From Eutreptiella sp. 'Long Island Sound 2002' (taxonomy: Eukaryota; Protista; Euglenida): 64,000 nucleotides of DNA. Positions within the stretch are counted from its first letter, which is position 1, and every line of letters begins with the position of its first letter. The notes beneath the pieces are model-generated. The model ran no database searches and had not been told where the DNA came from. It was given only the letters and a program-made list of their open reading frames with translations. The stretch is from assembly GCA_964036045.1 (NCBI GenBank), contig OZ038379.1, positions 10,788,001 through 10,852,000 on the forward strand. Direction: 5' to 3'. Below, in pieces: positions 48,101-60,270 of the stretch. The position numbers were made by a program, and so were the translations under genes.

Positions 48101-51100
48101 ACCCTGCCATTTCACATATCAGTCATAATCATGTCTCAGAACCCCTCCCCTCTCCCAGACGAAGGGTTGGCGCGCGAGTCGGGCCTGTGTGGTACAACGA
48201 GTGGTGCAGCCTTGGCCGTGCAGCACCACCCATGCCTTGCCCACTACGTCTCCTGAGCATACCCCACGTTCCCACACGTAGGACAGAGCGCAGCAGCTGA
48301 GCATTCGGCCGATGGCCCCGACGAACGGAGACGCGGAACCTTCGCCCTGGTGGGTAGCGATTGCCCCAAGACAGGCGTTAGAGAGCAAGGGAGCTGCCAT
48401 TGCACCCTCCACAGGCACCCCCACCCCCCCCCCACCCTTTGGAGGCCTGGTGAAGTCAAGACCGCACCGCTGCTTGCACTCCTGGGGCACTCCGCCATTG
48501 CACTCTGCTACTGTACCGAAGATTACTGCGGTGTGGAGCCTTAATGTGTTGGTGCCACGACCAGCCACCGATGGAGAAGTGGTGGGCCAACAAAGCGGTT
48601 TGTTGGATGTTCGTGAGTGGCGAGAAGTTGATTGACGCCGCCAACTGCCGGGAGAGCAGCAACACCTGAGGGCTTTGCCCCCCCCCCCCCCCCCCGCCTC
48701 TCCCGTATTGGCAGCCAAATTTCGCATGTACGTTCTGTGGAGTTGTTGATATTCCGGGGAACGCTTAAATAAAAAAATGGTCCGAAATTTGCGTGATTTG
48801 ATTTGGCTGATCAGAGGATACATGTTGTTTTGTGTTTGTTGTGCAGATTGACGCAATGAGACCCTCCCCCCCCCCCCCAAAGCGGTCATTTGGGGTCATT
48901 TGTCTTCTGTTGATCAGTCTTCCCGGCGAGGAAACCCTAATGTTGCTGAGGGCCCAGCTTTCTATGTGTCTGTTTGCTCTGCACGGGCCAACAATTTCTT
49001 CGCCGAGTGTGGGATGCCCACCCATGCCATCGCACTTTGCACTCTGCCGAACCCCCTGCCAGCCCCAGCGCAGAGGGAACCCGAAACATTGCGCCCCAGC
49101 AGATGTTGGGGGGGGGGGGGGGCATGGGGTGGAAGGAGTGTGCACGATAAAGGAGGTGGTCCGCAAAGGGCCTGCGAGTGGTCCCATTCATCATCATTCA
49201 TCACCACAAGGGTCCACAAGGCACTGCTGCAGGGCACCAGAAGTGGGCAAGAGCAGGGCCTGGGTATTTGCCGGTCCTTTTGAGCGCCAGTTTTGGCCAT
49301 TTCTTTGACCCACAAAGGGAGTATTTGAGGCTACTCGGGTCGCAAATTTACCAAAGAGGTTCGGTGAAGTGAAGTAAGGTGCGGGTGTGAGGTTGTCCGG
49401 TAATACCCAGGCCATGCCCTTTATCCCTCGCACCGTACCATCTCCTTCGGGGGGGGTGGGCCTGCGGGCGTGTAGCGTGCGCGCTTAGTTTGCCTTGCCT
49501 CCAGGCTGAGGGTTACTGGGCGACTATAGAGCCACGGGGTTGGAGCCACCACATGCGGGTGGGGCTTTTCATCCGCGGCCACCGGGTGGGTGACAACCAC
49601 CAGCGGGGGGGGATGGTGGTTGGAGAATTGCGGCTGGCCCAGCACTGGTAAGAGGCCACCACCAGCGGGGAGTCTGCATGACGAGCCACCGTGTTGATGC
49701 GGCTGCCATTCCCTTGGAACCAAGAGTCAGTGCCTGGGGGACGGCACCGATGTCCACAAGGTCTCGGAGGGCGGAGGCCCAGAGGAAGGCGCGTCAGCCA
49801 ACGTCCTCTCCTCGGGGCCTGCTGCGGTCCTCCGGCCGTGCCGCCGAATCGGTGTCCGCTAGTAGTAGGACGGACGTGGGGCCCACCGCCTGGCGGGGTC
49901 ACGGACAGCATAGGGCCTCGGATCATGCATTCGTGCCTGTGCCACGCTTGGGGCTCGAACCACGGAACACTGGTTCACGTGTCATGCGCTCTGACAACTG
50001 AGCCACGTCACCTCGTTAGGTCTGGGGGAGGAGTTGAGGTTGGGAGGGGGCGGGGGCTGGCGCAGACCGCCGTTTCACTTCTTCACGCATTGCCCCGCCC
50101 TGCGTTACTGCATCTCCCACAGTATGACGACGGAAGTGGACCCGATCAGGCCAAGGCCCAACAGGAACCGATGCTGGATGCAGCGCCACAGCCCCACTCT
50201 CCCGAGGTATCAGACGCGCCGTGGGAGCAGTGCATCGCTGCCAAAGGTGTGTCATTTCCAGAGGGAACCTGTGTCCTGGCCAGTGCTCGAACGAGGACGG
50301 GTATCCGAGCATGCGCTGGGACCCCACTGCCGTTTGGGCTGACACTATATCCGCCCCAACCCGCTCCGTCTGCCCCCAACGGCCCACCAACCGTCGTGTA
50401 ACCGCCAGACTTTTGCCCCCCCCCCCACCGCCTTTCCAACCCCCAGTACCCCTGGAGGGTCATCTCTCCCTTGCTCAAAAGCAACCGCGACGGGCTCCCT
50501 CTCCATAGATGGCACAGCACCTCCAGCGCGTTCCGCCACAAACCCTGTCCATCAGCCACCATCTTGCGCACAACGGCGTCATGGACCCCCCCCCCCCCAA
50601 GGGTTGGGTGGTGCTGGGTCTGTAGGACTCGCACCTGCACTGGTATGATCTGGAGCATCGGCTCAGGGTCACCCACCCCACAATTGACCACCAGTCGTCG
50701 TGGGGGGAGGGGACTGGGTGCCCGCCTCTTTCTGCCATAAGCCACGGCCGCCGGAAAAAGAAGGCTGGTCCCCGGTGCCAGGGGGCGCTGGGCACTCTCC
50801 CCCTCACGTCGTGCACAGGCTCCAGAGGTCTAAACTCCTTCTGCGGAGCACGTGAACGAGGTCTATGTAGGGCTTCTGGGGGGGTTTCCACATTTTGATG
50901 GGCGTGGCCCCAATGCAGCATGTGATATGTAGCCATGACTCCAGGTGTGGCGCCGATATGGCAAGGGGTGTACGTGGCAATGTGTACATCTCACGTGCGC
51001 ACGAGAGCCGTTCCCAGACTCCACCCCATTCCATCATCCCCCCCGTCTCCACATCCACCTTGGCTTCCATCTCGCGCCCTCTGTGCGCTCCAGGGGGTGC

Positions 51101-52066
51101 CATAAGGACGCTCACCCTTTTTTTTTTGCTATGGCATCCACTCTCTGATGTTTGGTGGCTACCCACCAACCGCCATCGGTTACCCACCAACCGCCATCGG
51201 TTACCTACCAACCGCCATTGGTTACACACCAACCGCCATCGGTTACCCACCAACCGCCATCAGTTACCCACCAACCGCCATTGGTTACACACCAACCGCC
51301 ATCAGTTACCCACCAACCGCCATTGGTTACACACCAACCGCCATCGGTTACCCACCAACCGCCATCGGTTACCCACCAACCGCCATCAGTTACCCACCAA
51401 CCGCCATCGGTTACCCACCAACCGCCATCAGTTACCCACCAACCGCCATTGGTTACACACCAACCGCCCCATCGGTTACCCACCGGCCGCCATCGTAGGG
51501 CGTACTGGACACTCCGAGTTTTTTTTTTCCTTTCATTACGGCACCCCCTGGTGCGCTCTACGCGCCCACTCTGCGGGCACTATGCGCCCTTTGTCCCCTT
51601 CTCTGATTGACGTGCATCCCCCGCAGGAAAGAACATCAACGTCCCCGTGCCCGGGGGCTGCACTGACGACGACTACTGCACCATTTTGGAGGAGCTCCTG
51701 CTGCCCATCGCCGCCCAGTTCGCCCCCGATCTGGTGCTGGTGTCCTCCGGGTTTGACGCGCTCAAACAGGACCCCACGGGCAGCGTCCAGACGCGCAGCC
51801 ACGCGTCGCACACGTGCCTGACGCCCGCGGGGTTCGGCAAGATGACGCAGATGCTGATGCCGTTGGCGGGGGGGAGGCTGGTGCTCGCGCTGGAGGGCGG
51901 CTACGACCACGACTGGACCGCCAGGGCCGCCACGGAGTGCGTGCGCGCGCTGCTGGGGCTGCCACTGCTCGGGCAGCCGGAGTACGTCCCGGGGCCGCAC
52001 GTGGAGTTGCCTCAGGTGATCAACAACGTGAAGGATCAGCTCCGAGGCTCGTGGGTATTCAAGTGA
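38067..52066 (+). CDS. Zn-dependent histone deacetylase (class II-like, single catalytic domain) with N-terminal AT-hook and putative RFTS domain; 9 exons, ~671 aa
   Basis: Exons 38067-38605, 39175-39316, 41133-41271, 41899-42111, 43779-43897, 45539-45640, 47845-48042, 50123-50246 and 51627-52066 join in compatible phases (2016 nt = 672 codons). HDAC motifs: [61 protein letters not shown]. Confidence 0.88.
38609..39169. mobile_element. 561-bp hAT-type MITE inserted in the HDAC coding sequence; candidate non-conventional intron (38606-39174)
   Basis: Perfect 17-bp TIRs CAGGCTATTGCTTAGTG (38609-38625) and CACTAAGCAATAGCCTG (39153-39169). The 8-bp direct repeat TCTGGGAC sits at 38601-38608 and 39170-39177. 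Confidence 0.9.
38876..38948 (+). pseudogene. Degenerate tRNA-like sequence (SINE-head-like) inside the MITE
   Basis: A-box-like TAGCTGAGTTGG, variable loop AAGGTC, T-arm CTGGG-GTCCAAC-CCCAG, and ends GGCT.../...AGCCA over 73 nt. The anticodon arm does not fold cleanly. Confidence 0.45.
39175..39316 (+). CDS. HDAC gene exon 2 (RFTS-like region)
   Basis: TANFVVRK...[22 protein letters not shown]. The phase-0 donor TGG|GTAAAG fits the next exon. Confidence 0.6.
41133..41271 (+). CDS. HDAC gene exon 3
   Basis: [27 protein letters not shown]..., with a GCAG acceptor and a phase-1 donor G|GTGTGC. Confidence 0.7.
41899..42111 (+). CDS. HDAC gene exon 4 (start of the deacetylase domain)
   Basis: [11 protein letters not shown]...[13 protein letters not shown]...[10 protein letters not shown] matches the class II HDAC TG..YD..M / E.P.R / VHS pattern. 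Confidence 0.88.
43779..43897 (+). CDS. HDAC gene exon 5
   Basis: [22 protein letters not shown], with phase 1 and phase 0 boundaries. Confidence 0.85.
45137..45189. repeat. 53-nt poly-C homopolymer
   Basis: Read directly from the sequence. The length may be inflated by sequencing or assembly error. Confidence 0.85.
45539..45640 (+). CDS. HDAC gene exon 6 (HH catalytic dyad)
   Basis: [34 protein letters not shown], bounded by TTGCAG and GTATGT. Confidence 0.93.
47845..48042 (+). CDS. HDAC gene exon 7 (Zn ligands D, H)
   Basis: [37 protein letters not shown]. Confidence 0.93.
50123..50246 (+). CDS. HDAC gene exon 8 (low-complexity loop insertion)
   Basis: This was the only candidate found that bridges the phase-0 donor at 48043 to the phase-1 acceptor at 51626 (CCCACAG ... 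G|GTGTGT). Confidence 0.55.
51161..51497. repeat. 21-bp tandem repeat ACCCACCAACCGCCATCGGTT (~16 copies) in the last HDAC intron
   Basis: Units start at 51161, 51182 and so on. Each has an AACCG/CGGTT mini-hairpin. Confidence 0.95.
51627..52066 (+). CDS. HDAC gene exon 9 (second Zn-ligand Asp, catalytic Tyr, stop)
   Basis: KNINVP...[19 protein letters not shown]...[11 protein letters not shown]. Confidence 0.93.
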
Positions 52067-53184
52067 AGTGGTGCGGGCCTAAGTGGGGGGGGGGGGGGGA
52101 TTGCATTCCCGGCAGCAGATATGCGTGGGGGAGGGTGTGCAACACGAGGGGGGGCATAGGCAGAGGTGCAGCAACTCGGGGATGGCGCGCCACTTGGGGG
52201 TGTGTGGTATGTTTGTGATCTCAGGCAGATACACATGTATTTTTTTTTGTGTTTCTCTTGCGTCTTGTCATGAGGCTGCTGGTTGATCCATTTCAAGAGT
52301 CTAGGGCAGAACGTGGGTTGGATGAGATACTTTGCTGGGGAGGAGTGGGAACTGACGCAGATGTGCTGTGAGGAGTTGCTTCGGGTTCCTCTCCGCTCTC
52401 GCTCTTGCACCCCTTCGCTGGCAGCTATAACGGAGGCAACGGATGTGGACGGGGTCCCAGAGAGGGGGGGGGGGGGGGGCAGCCCCCAATCCTGTTCTCC
52501 TTCGTCTCGCCAGTCCAGCCATGCCCCCTGAACAGCCGTATCCACAAGCGATTCACGGGATGGCCGCAGGGCATCAGTTTGCTCCAGCGCCCGCCACTGC
52601 GCCGCGCCCACGGGCAGTGCACCGGTGCTGTGCTCATAGTGATGAGGGACGTGCTCTCACATCTGCATCTCGCCCCATACCACGGACTGCCGCCTTCAGG
52701 TGACAGTTCAGAACGGCAGTATAGAGCGCCCATAACGTCACTGCACTCCATCACCGATTGACGACTCCAGAGGCGAATCCAAACAGCCGTCTGTGACTCG
52801 ACATTCGAACGGGAAAGGCGGCTGCGAGGCACAAGGGGTGTTTTATGAGGGCGTCCAGAGCAACCCCCCCCCCCCCCCTATTTCACTAGTGGTGAACCCC
52901 AGTCAGCCATGGTAACCCCCCGCCCCCAAGTGGATTTTTTGGACGGAGACGACAACTGCCTGTCTGCATTCACCCCTTTCGTAAGACAGCCAGGGGGTAG
53001 GGGGAGGAGAGGGCTCTGTCTTCTTCCACACCGGTCACGCCATGGGTGATACCGCCGGCCGGTGCTGGCGACGACAAGGCCCGGTGGGTATCCGGCCGTA
53101 TGGAGGGGGTGGTTGGGGGGCAGCAATGGGGCTGGTGCTTGGAGGAGCCGGATGAATTGACAGATGCAAGACACAGGGGCACGC

Positions 53185-53321
53185 TGTGCGTGCGTGCATG
53201 CGTGTGTGCGTGCGTGCGTGTGTGTGTGTGTGTGCGTGTGTGTGTGTGCGCGCGTGTGCGTGCGTGCGTGTGTGTGTGCGTGCGTGTGTGTGTGCGTGCG
53301 TGCGTGTGTGTGTGTGTGTGC

Positions 53322-53363
<42 letters not shown>
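53185..53363. repeat. (TG)n/(TGCG)n microsatellite
   Basis: Read directly from the sequence. Confidence 0.95.
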
Positions 53364-53366
<3 letters not shown>

Positions 53367-56300
53367 ACTGACGTTACTGCTGCAAGTTGCGCTCTGATTT
53401 GTTTTCGAACACCGCCATCCAAGGGTGGCGGGGCCAGCCATTCCCCCCACAACAATTGTACCGTGTGGCTGCAGCACCGGGCGCTGCGTCATGGTGATTC
53501 CTGAAGTTTGTGGCTGGGTACTGCTGTGCAATTGCTGTTCATGGTAAACCGTCCGGGAAATGTTCAGCTGTGGTGCCGGAGTTGCCAGCTGTGCAAGTTT
53601 TGCTTGGCAACATGGCAGGCATTTGGCAAAGTTCCTGCAGACAAGCAGCTCGCCGTGCCCTTGTACATGACCTAGCACCCTCTGTGGCCGGACATCGTTG
53701 TTGCTGTCCGACACCGGGCATGACTGCGGATGCGGGTCACCAAGCGTGTGACGCCGATGGTAAGCACATTTCCACATTGGCAAAGCCCCACACGTCCTGT
53801 GGCCCCATTCGGGCCCTGCACCCGAAACCTTCATTCCCACCCCACCCCCAGCCTTGGCTAAGTACGGCGACTTTCTGCCGAACAAGCAAGAGATTGCAGT
53901 TACATTGTACTGTGATTGATTTGCTCTGGGTGACCGCCATCACAGGGGGCGCCCAGTTGTAGCCTTTGACGTCGACCCCCACCCATTCCCTCAAGGTGGA
54001 CAAGGTCTCGACTACATTTGGCGCCACAGACGCGAGAAAAATTTTTTCGCACAGGGTGGGGGGGTAAAATTTCGTTTTTGCCCCGTGTGTGTGTATACTC
54101 AAAATGCTCAAAATTTCACAGGGGAATCCAAATGTATGCAAAGACCCCTAACCTCCCCCATCCAAGGGGCCGGACCCCCTAGTGGCTAAATTTTTTTTCA
54201 AAGCCCCCACATATGTGTGTTCAACATGATCAGTGCGACGACGGGATCATTTTGAGGTACCCGGGACCCCAGCCCGGCTGCCCCTCAACCCCCACCCACC
54301 CCTCCAGCCCCCCCTTCAGGGGGCCAAAATGTTTAGCGGCTGTCGACGTCGGACGCTGCACCTTGGGGCCCCCGTGACCGCCATTGTCAGATTACGGCTC
54401 AGCACGGTGACCCCATCTGATCATTTTCTGACCGCAGGTTCTGTGGACGAGAATTTGAGATGCCATGTCTTTGAACTGGTCATAGCGTGGGCGAGGGGCT
54501 GGGTCGTGCCCGTCAAGAGTTGATGCTAATAACAACATTCTGCTTTGCTTTGAGCCTGCCAGTTGGTTTTGCTGTGATTGGCAGCGAATGTTGCTGCTCT
54601 GGGGCCCAAACCCCCCCAAAGAGCCGCTTGCCTCTGAGTCCCGCATACGCAGGATCTTTTCTGAGCACGGAATCCCCGTCTGACCGTCCTTCTCCCTAGT
54701 TTGGCGGTGCTTGGCCATCAGGGAACAAGTGACTCAAAACATGCATGCGATCTACAAGCGTCTCCCTCCGCCCCTTTGTGACCCAGCAGAGTTGACAGGT
54801 TGAGTACTGACGCATGCAGTTGGGTGGGGCCATGGATTTGTACCCTCTCCTCAGCTCATGTGCAAATTGCGCCTTGATTTTGGTGGGGTTTTTTTGGCGG
54901 GGGGGGGGGGGGGGTGGCAATGCAGCGTTGCCGTGTCGCATCGCATGAGACAGACCACTCCGACTGGCAAACTGTTCACACTGCTAGGCCCTACGGCACG
55001 ACGCTCACAGTTGCAATGCACACCACAGAATTTTTCAGGGGTCAGGGGTCCAACACCTGCCCCTTTGAGCATTTGTTCTTTCGGAGTGCCTTGGGATATG
55101 GAGATGGAGGTTTCGTTTCCTCTCTGCCAATCCCAAGCCGGACTTCCCGGCAGTGTTTGGTTGTGCAATGCATCCGCAGTGGGGCACAGTTGCCCTCCAG
55201 CACCTGCCTGGCCACCACTCTGTGTGACCCACCCACATCTTCTTGGGGTTGGACAGGCCCAACGGCCCCAGGCGGCAGCCGGCGTACAGGCAGGGGGGGA
55301 TCTAAGAAAAGAAGGCATGTTTTCGTGACAGCGACAACTGCTGTTGCCAGAAATGGTTGGATTTTGGGCATGGCAGGAGTCTGCTTTGGTGCCATTGTGA
55401 GAATGCAATGTCCTGTGCACAGCGGTACCCAACCGTACCTCAGTGTTCATGAGCCAGACTCTGCACCATTTGCCCAAGCCCCCCCCCCCCCTTCCTTGAA
55501 GCCCAGTTACTCCATGGGTTCATTGTTTGGGCGAGCTGACGCTGTGTGCATGCTACCTGTGTGAGGACGTCCCAAGCAGAGAAAAGAATTAGGCATAGTT
55601 TCGGGTTCCGGTGGGATTGTGTGCCATCGTTTTGAGCACCACTGATTTCAGTCCTTTTGAAGGTATTATCGCCCAACAAATGGTCATAGTCCAGGCTTTC
55701 GGCCTGGGTGTCCCCACTGTCAGATTCCAATACAAAAGTGGAGGGGTGGAGAGTTCAAGGAGCCGTTCAAGTACAATCAAGTTCAATTACACTCATTGGC
55801 TTCAGGGAATGAGGAAGGAGGCCCTTCTTGATGGTGGAGGAGGAGGCGGAGCAGGAGGCGCATGGGATCAAAGAGGTCAGCAGCTGGAAGCAAGTGGGAG
55901 GGTATGAAACAGGAGGGGCAGGGTGGAATCACAAGATATAAGGGGGAGAAGGAGGGGGTGGAAGGGAGTTGGACCCTTGTAACCAACAGTGTCTTTTTCC
56001 GGGGGTGCTTCCATTGAGGACAGTGTGCACCAACATCCCAATTTTTCAGAATTTTGCTCAGAAACTACGCTCTGCACAGGCTCAGCCCCCCTGGGTATGG
56101 CATGTTTGTAACATCAGTGGGAGCAACTTTTTGGACAAACATCCAGTACAGAGTTGCCATTGGTTTTTGGCAACGAAAAAAGATGCCTCTGGCAACTGTT
56201 GCTCACTCAGGCAGCCTCCAGCAGAATCATGGGGTCACCTCCGACGACCTCTGGCAGAGTTTCGGACCATATTCGGCAGTGGTTGATTAAATGCTACTCT

Positions 56301-56540
56301 CCCAAAAGGAAATAAGGCTTTTTTTGACAAGGCTGTAGGGTCCGAAGTTTGGGACCGTCCACCTACCACAGAGGGGGTCGTTTTCCTCCAAAAGCCTGGG
56401 AGAGCGCCATGGAATCAATTTTTAGGCAAATAAGCAACATTGTCAACATTAAGGGACGTTCAGACCAGGTTGCCCTCACCTGGCAGCATCCAGCAGGGAG
56501 TTGCTCTCGCATCTGCTTAGGGGAGTTGCTCTGCATCTGC

Positions 56541-57448
56541 TTGGGGGGGGGGGGGGGGGCATTATGTGGTCCATGTATTCCCACATATTTGCACATATTT
56601 ACCACATATTTCTTGATGGTCCCTTAGGTTATTGTCAGAGAGGAATGATGCTTACCGTTGTGCTTAGGAGGATTTGGTGGGAACACAAAAATTTTCCCCG
56701 CAAATTGAGGAGTCACTGTCCGTCATGTCCAACCCCACTGCCCTTCAACAGTTGAGTCTTCAAATCGTTTGTTGAAAGGATTCATGGCAAAAGAGGCAAA
56801 ACAGGGGGCCTTTTTCAAACAACTGTGGATTTTGAACCCCACCACTTATGTGATTTGTCTCCGTGATTACCCAGAGTTGCAGTCAGACAGTTTTCCAGGA
56901 GTGCAGGATGAGTGGGCTGCCTATGTTGAAACCACTTTTCACGACATCACAGGCCCAACACACCTTGTTGAATGGTGGGACTCTCGCCCATCATCTGCCC
57001 TCAAAGATTATGTGTTGTTCCTCATCACCATGATGGGGACCGGCAGTGTTGAGCGCCCTTTTTCATTTGCCAAGTACACAGATACAGACCAGCGACATGG
57101 TGTGGATGACAATGGCCGCCGGCAAGCTTTCATGACACACTATAATGGAGATCTGGAAGGACAATTGGACTAGAGGCACGGCTTCAGATAGACTGAAAGT
57201 GTTGTGGTTTGCTTGTGCCCATGGAACACCAGAGATTCATAGCATGCATGGGTCCCCCCAAGAATTAATGGCATCCATCCAAAGAACACCAAGAAATAAA
57301 ACTGGCCATCCAGGCCCATGTATTTGGGAAATTTTTGATGGCTAGAAGTCCACACATTTTATCACATATTACCACATATTTCCACATAATACCGCATTTT
57401 TGCCACATTTTTGTCTATTGCTGCTTGTCACGTAACCCCCCCCCCCCA
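56541..57448 (+). mobile_element. Internally deleted hAT DNA transposon
   Basis: It carries a transposase C-terminal fragment and polyG/polyC ends, with CACATATT subterminal repeats at both ends. Candidate 8-bp TSD: GCATCTGC (56533-56540) and GCATCTGG (57449-57456). Confidence 0.65.
56769..57173 (+). pseudogene. hAT transposase C-terminal dimerisation domain fragment
   Basis: LVEWWDSRPSSALKD...GSVERPFSFAKYTDTDQRH matches the WW...L...S.ER.FS......D.R pattern of Dimer_Tnp_hAT. Confidence 0.72.
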
Positions 57449-59713
57449 GCATCTGGTGATTTCATGGGGTTGCCTTCACAACAGGTCTCTTGCATGCCAG
57501 CAACTGATGGCACGTCTTCCTCCAGCTTTGTGGGTCTGCAATTTGATACAGTGCTTTTGAGCCCCAGTTGTGGATTCTTCTCTTGTTGGTCCAATAATCA
57601 CCCTGGGGAGCTTTTCCACCCATCTTGTCATTGTCCCGAGAACTCCTACAAGGCAGCGGGATCTGCTGTTGGACCTCGTTTGGCACTAGAAGTGCAGATG
57701 GAGCATTAATGAAGCATGTTGTGTCCCTCTTCCCATGACATGGTTCTCCCAATCAGATGGAAATGAGCATAGTGAGCTTGCATATTCTTCACAGGATTGA
57801 AAGACTTTCACATTCGTTGGATAAATGAGAAGTGTTTGCCTTGTTGCACAGCATTATTCATATGCATGCCACACAGGGCTGCACTGGGCTGCAAGTATCT
57901 GGTGTAGGGCTGCACAGAAACTGGGCAGTGATAAATTTGAATACAAATACGTTACAATGCTTTGTCTCTGGTATCAGCCGGCTTCTGTAGCGGGCAGCAA
58001 CCTCTTCTGCTTCTCTCTTGTTTTGCCTGCGACCTCCCAGCGAATTTTGTTTTGCGCTGCGGGCCACCATTTTGGTCAAATTGCCCCATCTGGGGGTGCA
58101 CCCTGGCGGAATGTCCCCATGCACAGTTTTTTCCCCTTGCCTCATAGGACCTGGGGTGTGCAGGGAAGCACAGTATGAGTAAGTCTAGAGGGTGAGCTGG
58201 CTGCATTGTACTGAGCTGGGCACATTCATTGCACATAAGCTGGGTTGTGGACCACGCCAAAATGGTGCATTGTTGACATGTTGAACGCCAAATTTGGCGT
58301 GAACTGGGATGAAAAAAGTGGCATTCTGGAAAAAATTTTGTGGTAATAGTTGAGGCAGGCATCGGCTGCATTGGCCACCTGAGGCAGGCATGTTGTGAAT
58401 GCTTCACCCAAGGTATTTCTGGTTGTAATTTAGATTTTGCCAATGACTTTTCGGATAATCACACCATGACGTGGTGCACAACACATGAGAACAGTTGGGT
58501 TTTTTTTCGGTTTGTTTGGATTGATGAATGGATCGATTCATTGAAAAGGTGCTCATGAAAGAATCAAGTGAGGTGCCAAAAGGTGGAATCGTGTCCAAGA
58601 CCCCGTGCTGTGTTTGCGAGCATTTGCTTTTTTCCTCAAAATGTGTAGCAATTAAATTTGTGGTCCTCCAAAGTTTTTAGCAGCTCATTTCTCGCCCAAA
58701 GCAAAGATTACTGTTTGCATCACATTGGGAACTCTCAGAAACCAGCTCACCGATATTGGATTTAATTGCATCAAGAACACCCACTAGTTGAACGCCATCG
58801 TTGGGAATCTCTCTAACATAGCGTGAACAGTTTGCAAAGAAGGCCCGAACTCTACATTTCCCGAAGAAGCATCTAAACAAGGTATTGGCAATGGTCGCCC
58901 GTCAATTATAGGGCACATAGGGACCAAAACCGCAGCAGAGCCTATCAAGGGTCATGCCAAGACCCATTTACGTACACCCGAAGTTGGTACTTGGGGGGGG
59001 AACAGCGGCTCTTAGGCGAAGCAGGTGGCACCCCACAACATGAATCATGCAAATTCGTCAGCAAACTTCTAAAAAAAAACCAGGCACAATAGCAAAGAAT
59101 ACCACGTGATGCCATATGGCAGCTAGTTGAGCACTTTCAAATCTTGCTGTTGCCCTACACATTGCAGCAAAGGAAAATGATCTAAACGATTTTATGGCGC
59201 CGGAACGTGCCACTGCGCAAATGACACACAAGACACCTTGTTTGTGGTGGTTACAAAGTCAGGATTTTTGAGAAAAAATACTCCTTTTTTGTTATTTTGC
59301 CCATTTTTTGGCCGTTTTTCCTTGTTTTTGGCGGGGGCCCGGGGGGGAAATACTTTTTTAGCTGCGAAAACGTTTTTTTAGATGCGCTAAAATATAATAG
59401 AACCTCTCAAAAAAAAAACATCTAACATTTAAAACAAAACATCTCAAAAAAATGTCAAAAGTGACTAAAATTTTAGACGGCTCTCGAAAAAATAATCCGC
59501 TGCAAATCCAAAAAAAATAAAACAACATTTCACAAGCAGACTTTGGGATTTAAAAAAAAATGCAACCTGTAAAAAAACAATCCGCATCTAACAAAAAATA
59601 ACGGATAACGCTACCCGCACCTCCCTGCCCTGCCCCTACAGGCAACATGCAATAGAAACCAATGATTCACACTGTCCGTTACATCTAGGGACAACATGAC
59701 TCCCAGCATGACA

Positions 59714-60270
59714 CTACTGCCAGCAGGATTGCCTGATGCCAAATGCACTTTCCGAACGTGCTGTCGCAACAAACTGTAGATTAGGTAAGGATGACAGATA
59801 ATGCAACCCACTTGATGGCGTAGGAGCCTGCCACTGTGCAACTGATGCACAAGACGCCTTCGTTGTGGACAAGGGCGGAGTGCCATGGATTTTTGGAAAT
59901 GACCCAAACAACCAGCATTCCTGCCTGTGTGCACCTTGATCGGCCTGTGTTGACCCATCATCTGAAGACATTTGGAAAGAGCAAGACTTGAGCATGAAAT
60001 TATGGGCAAAATTGTGCACCCACTGAGTAGTGCTTGAAAACAACCTCTCCGAGGCAGAACCACTCGTCTTTGTGCACCGAATAATGCCTCTGAGCATAGT
60101 TTGAGCAAGGAATTTGGAACTTGGGTCTGCCTGGGCAGACTGCGAAAGCCGTAGAAAATGAGCATTTGAAGCACGAACTTTTGTGATGGGATGCAAGGTT
60201 TTAAAGAGTTGATCACTATGGCTATCAGACACTGCAGCACAGGCACGTGGGTGGCGTGTTGTACTGCCAA
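59714..60270 (-). pseudogene. Second, more decayed hAT-like transposase fragment, flanked by A-rich element ends (~59160-59600 and ~60990-61140)
   Basis: FLAQTMLRGIIRCTKTSGSASERLFSS resembles the hAT dimerisation motif SA.SERLFS. Confidence 0.45.

Noticed and set aside
51148-51610. PTNRHRL / YPPTAIG repeat ORFs
   Set aside because: They are translations of the 21-bp intronic tandem repeat.
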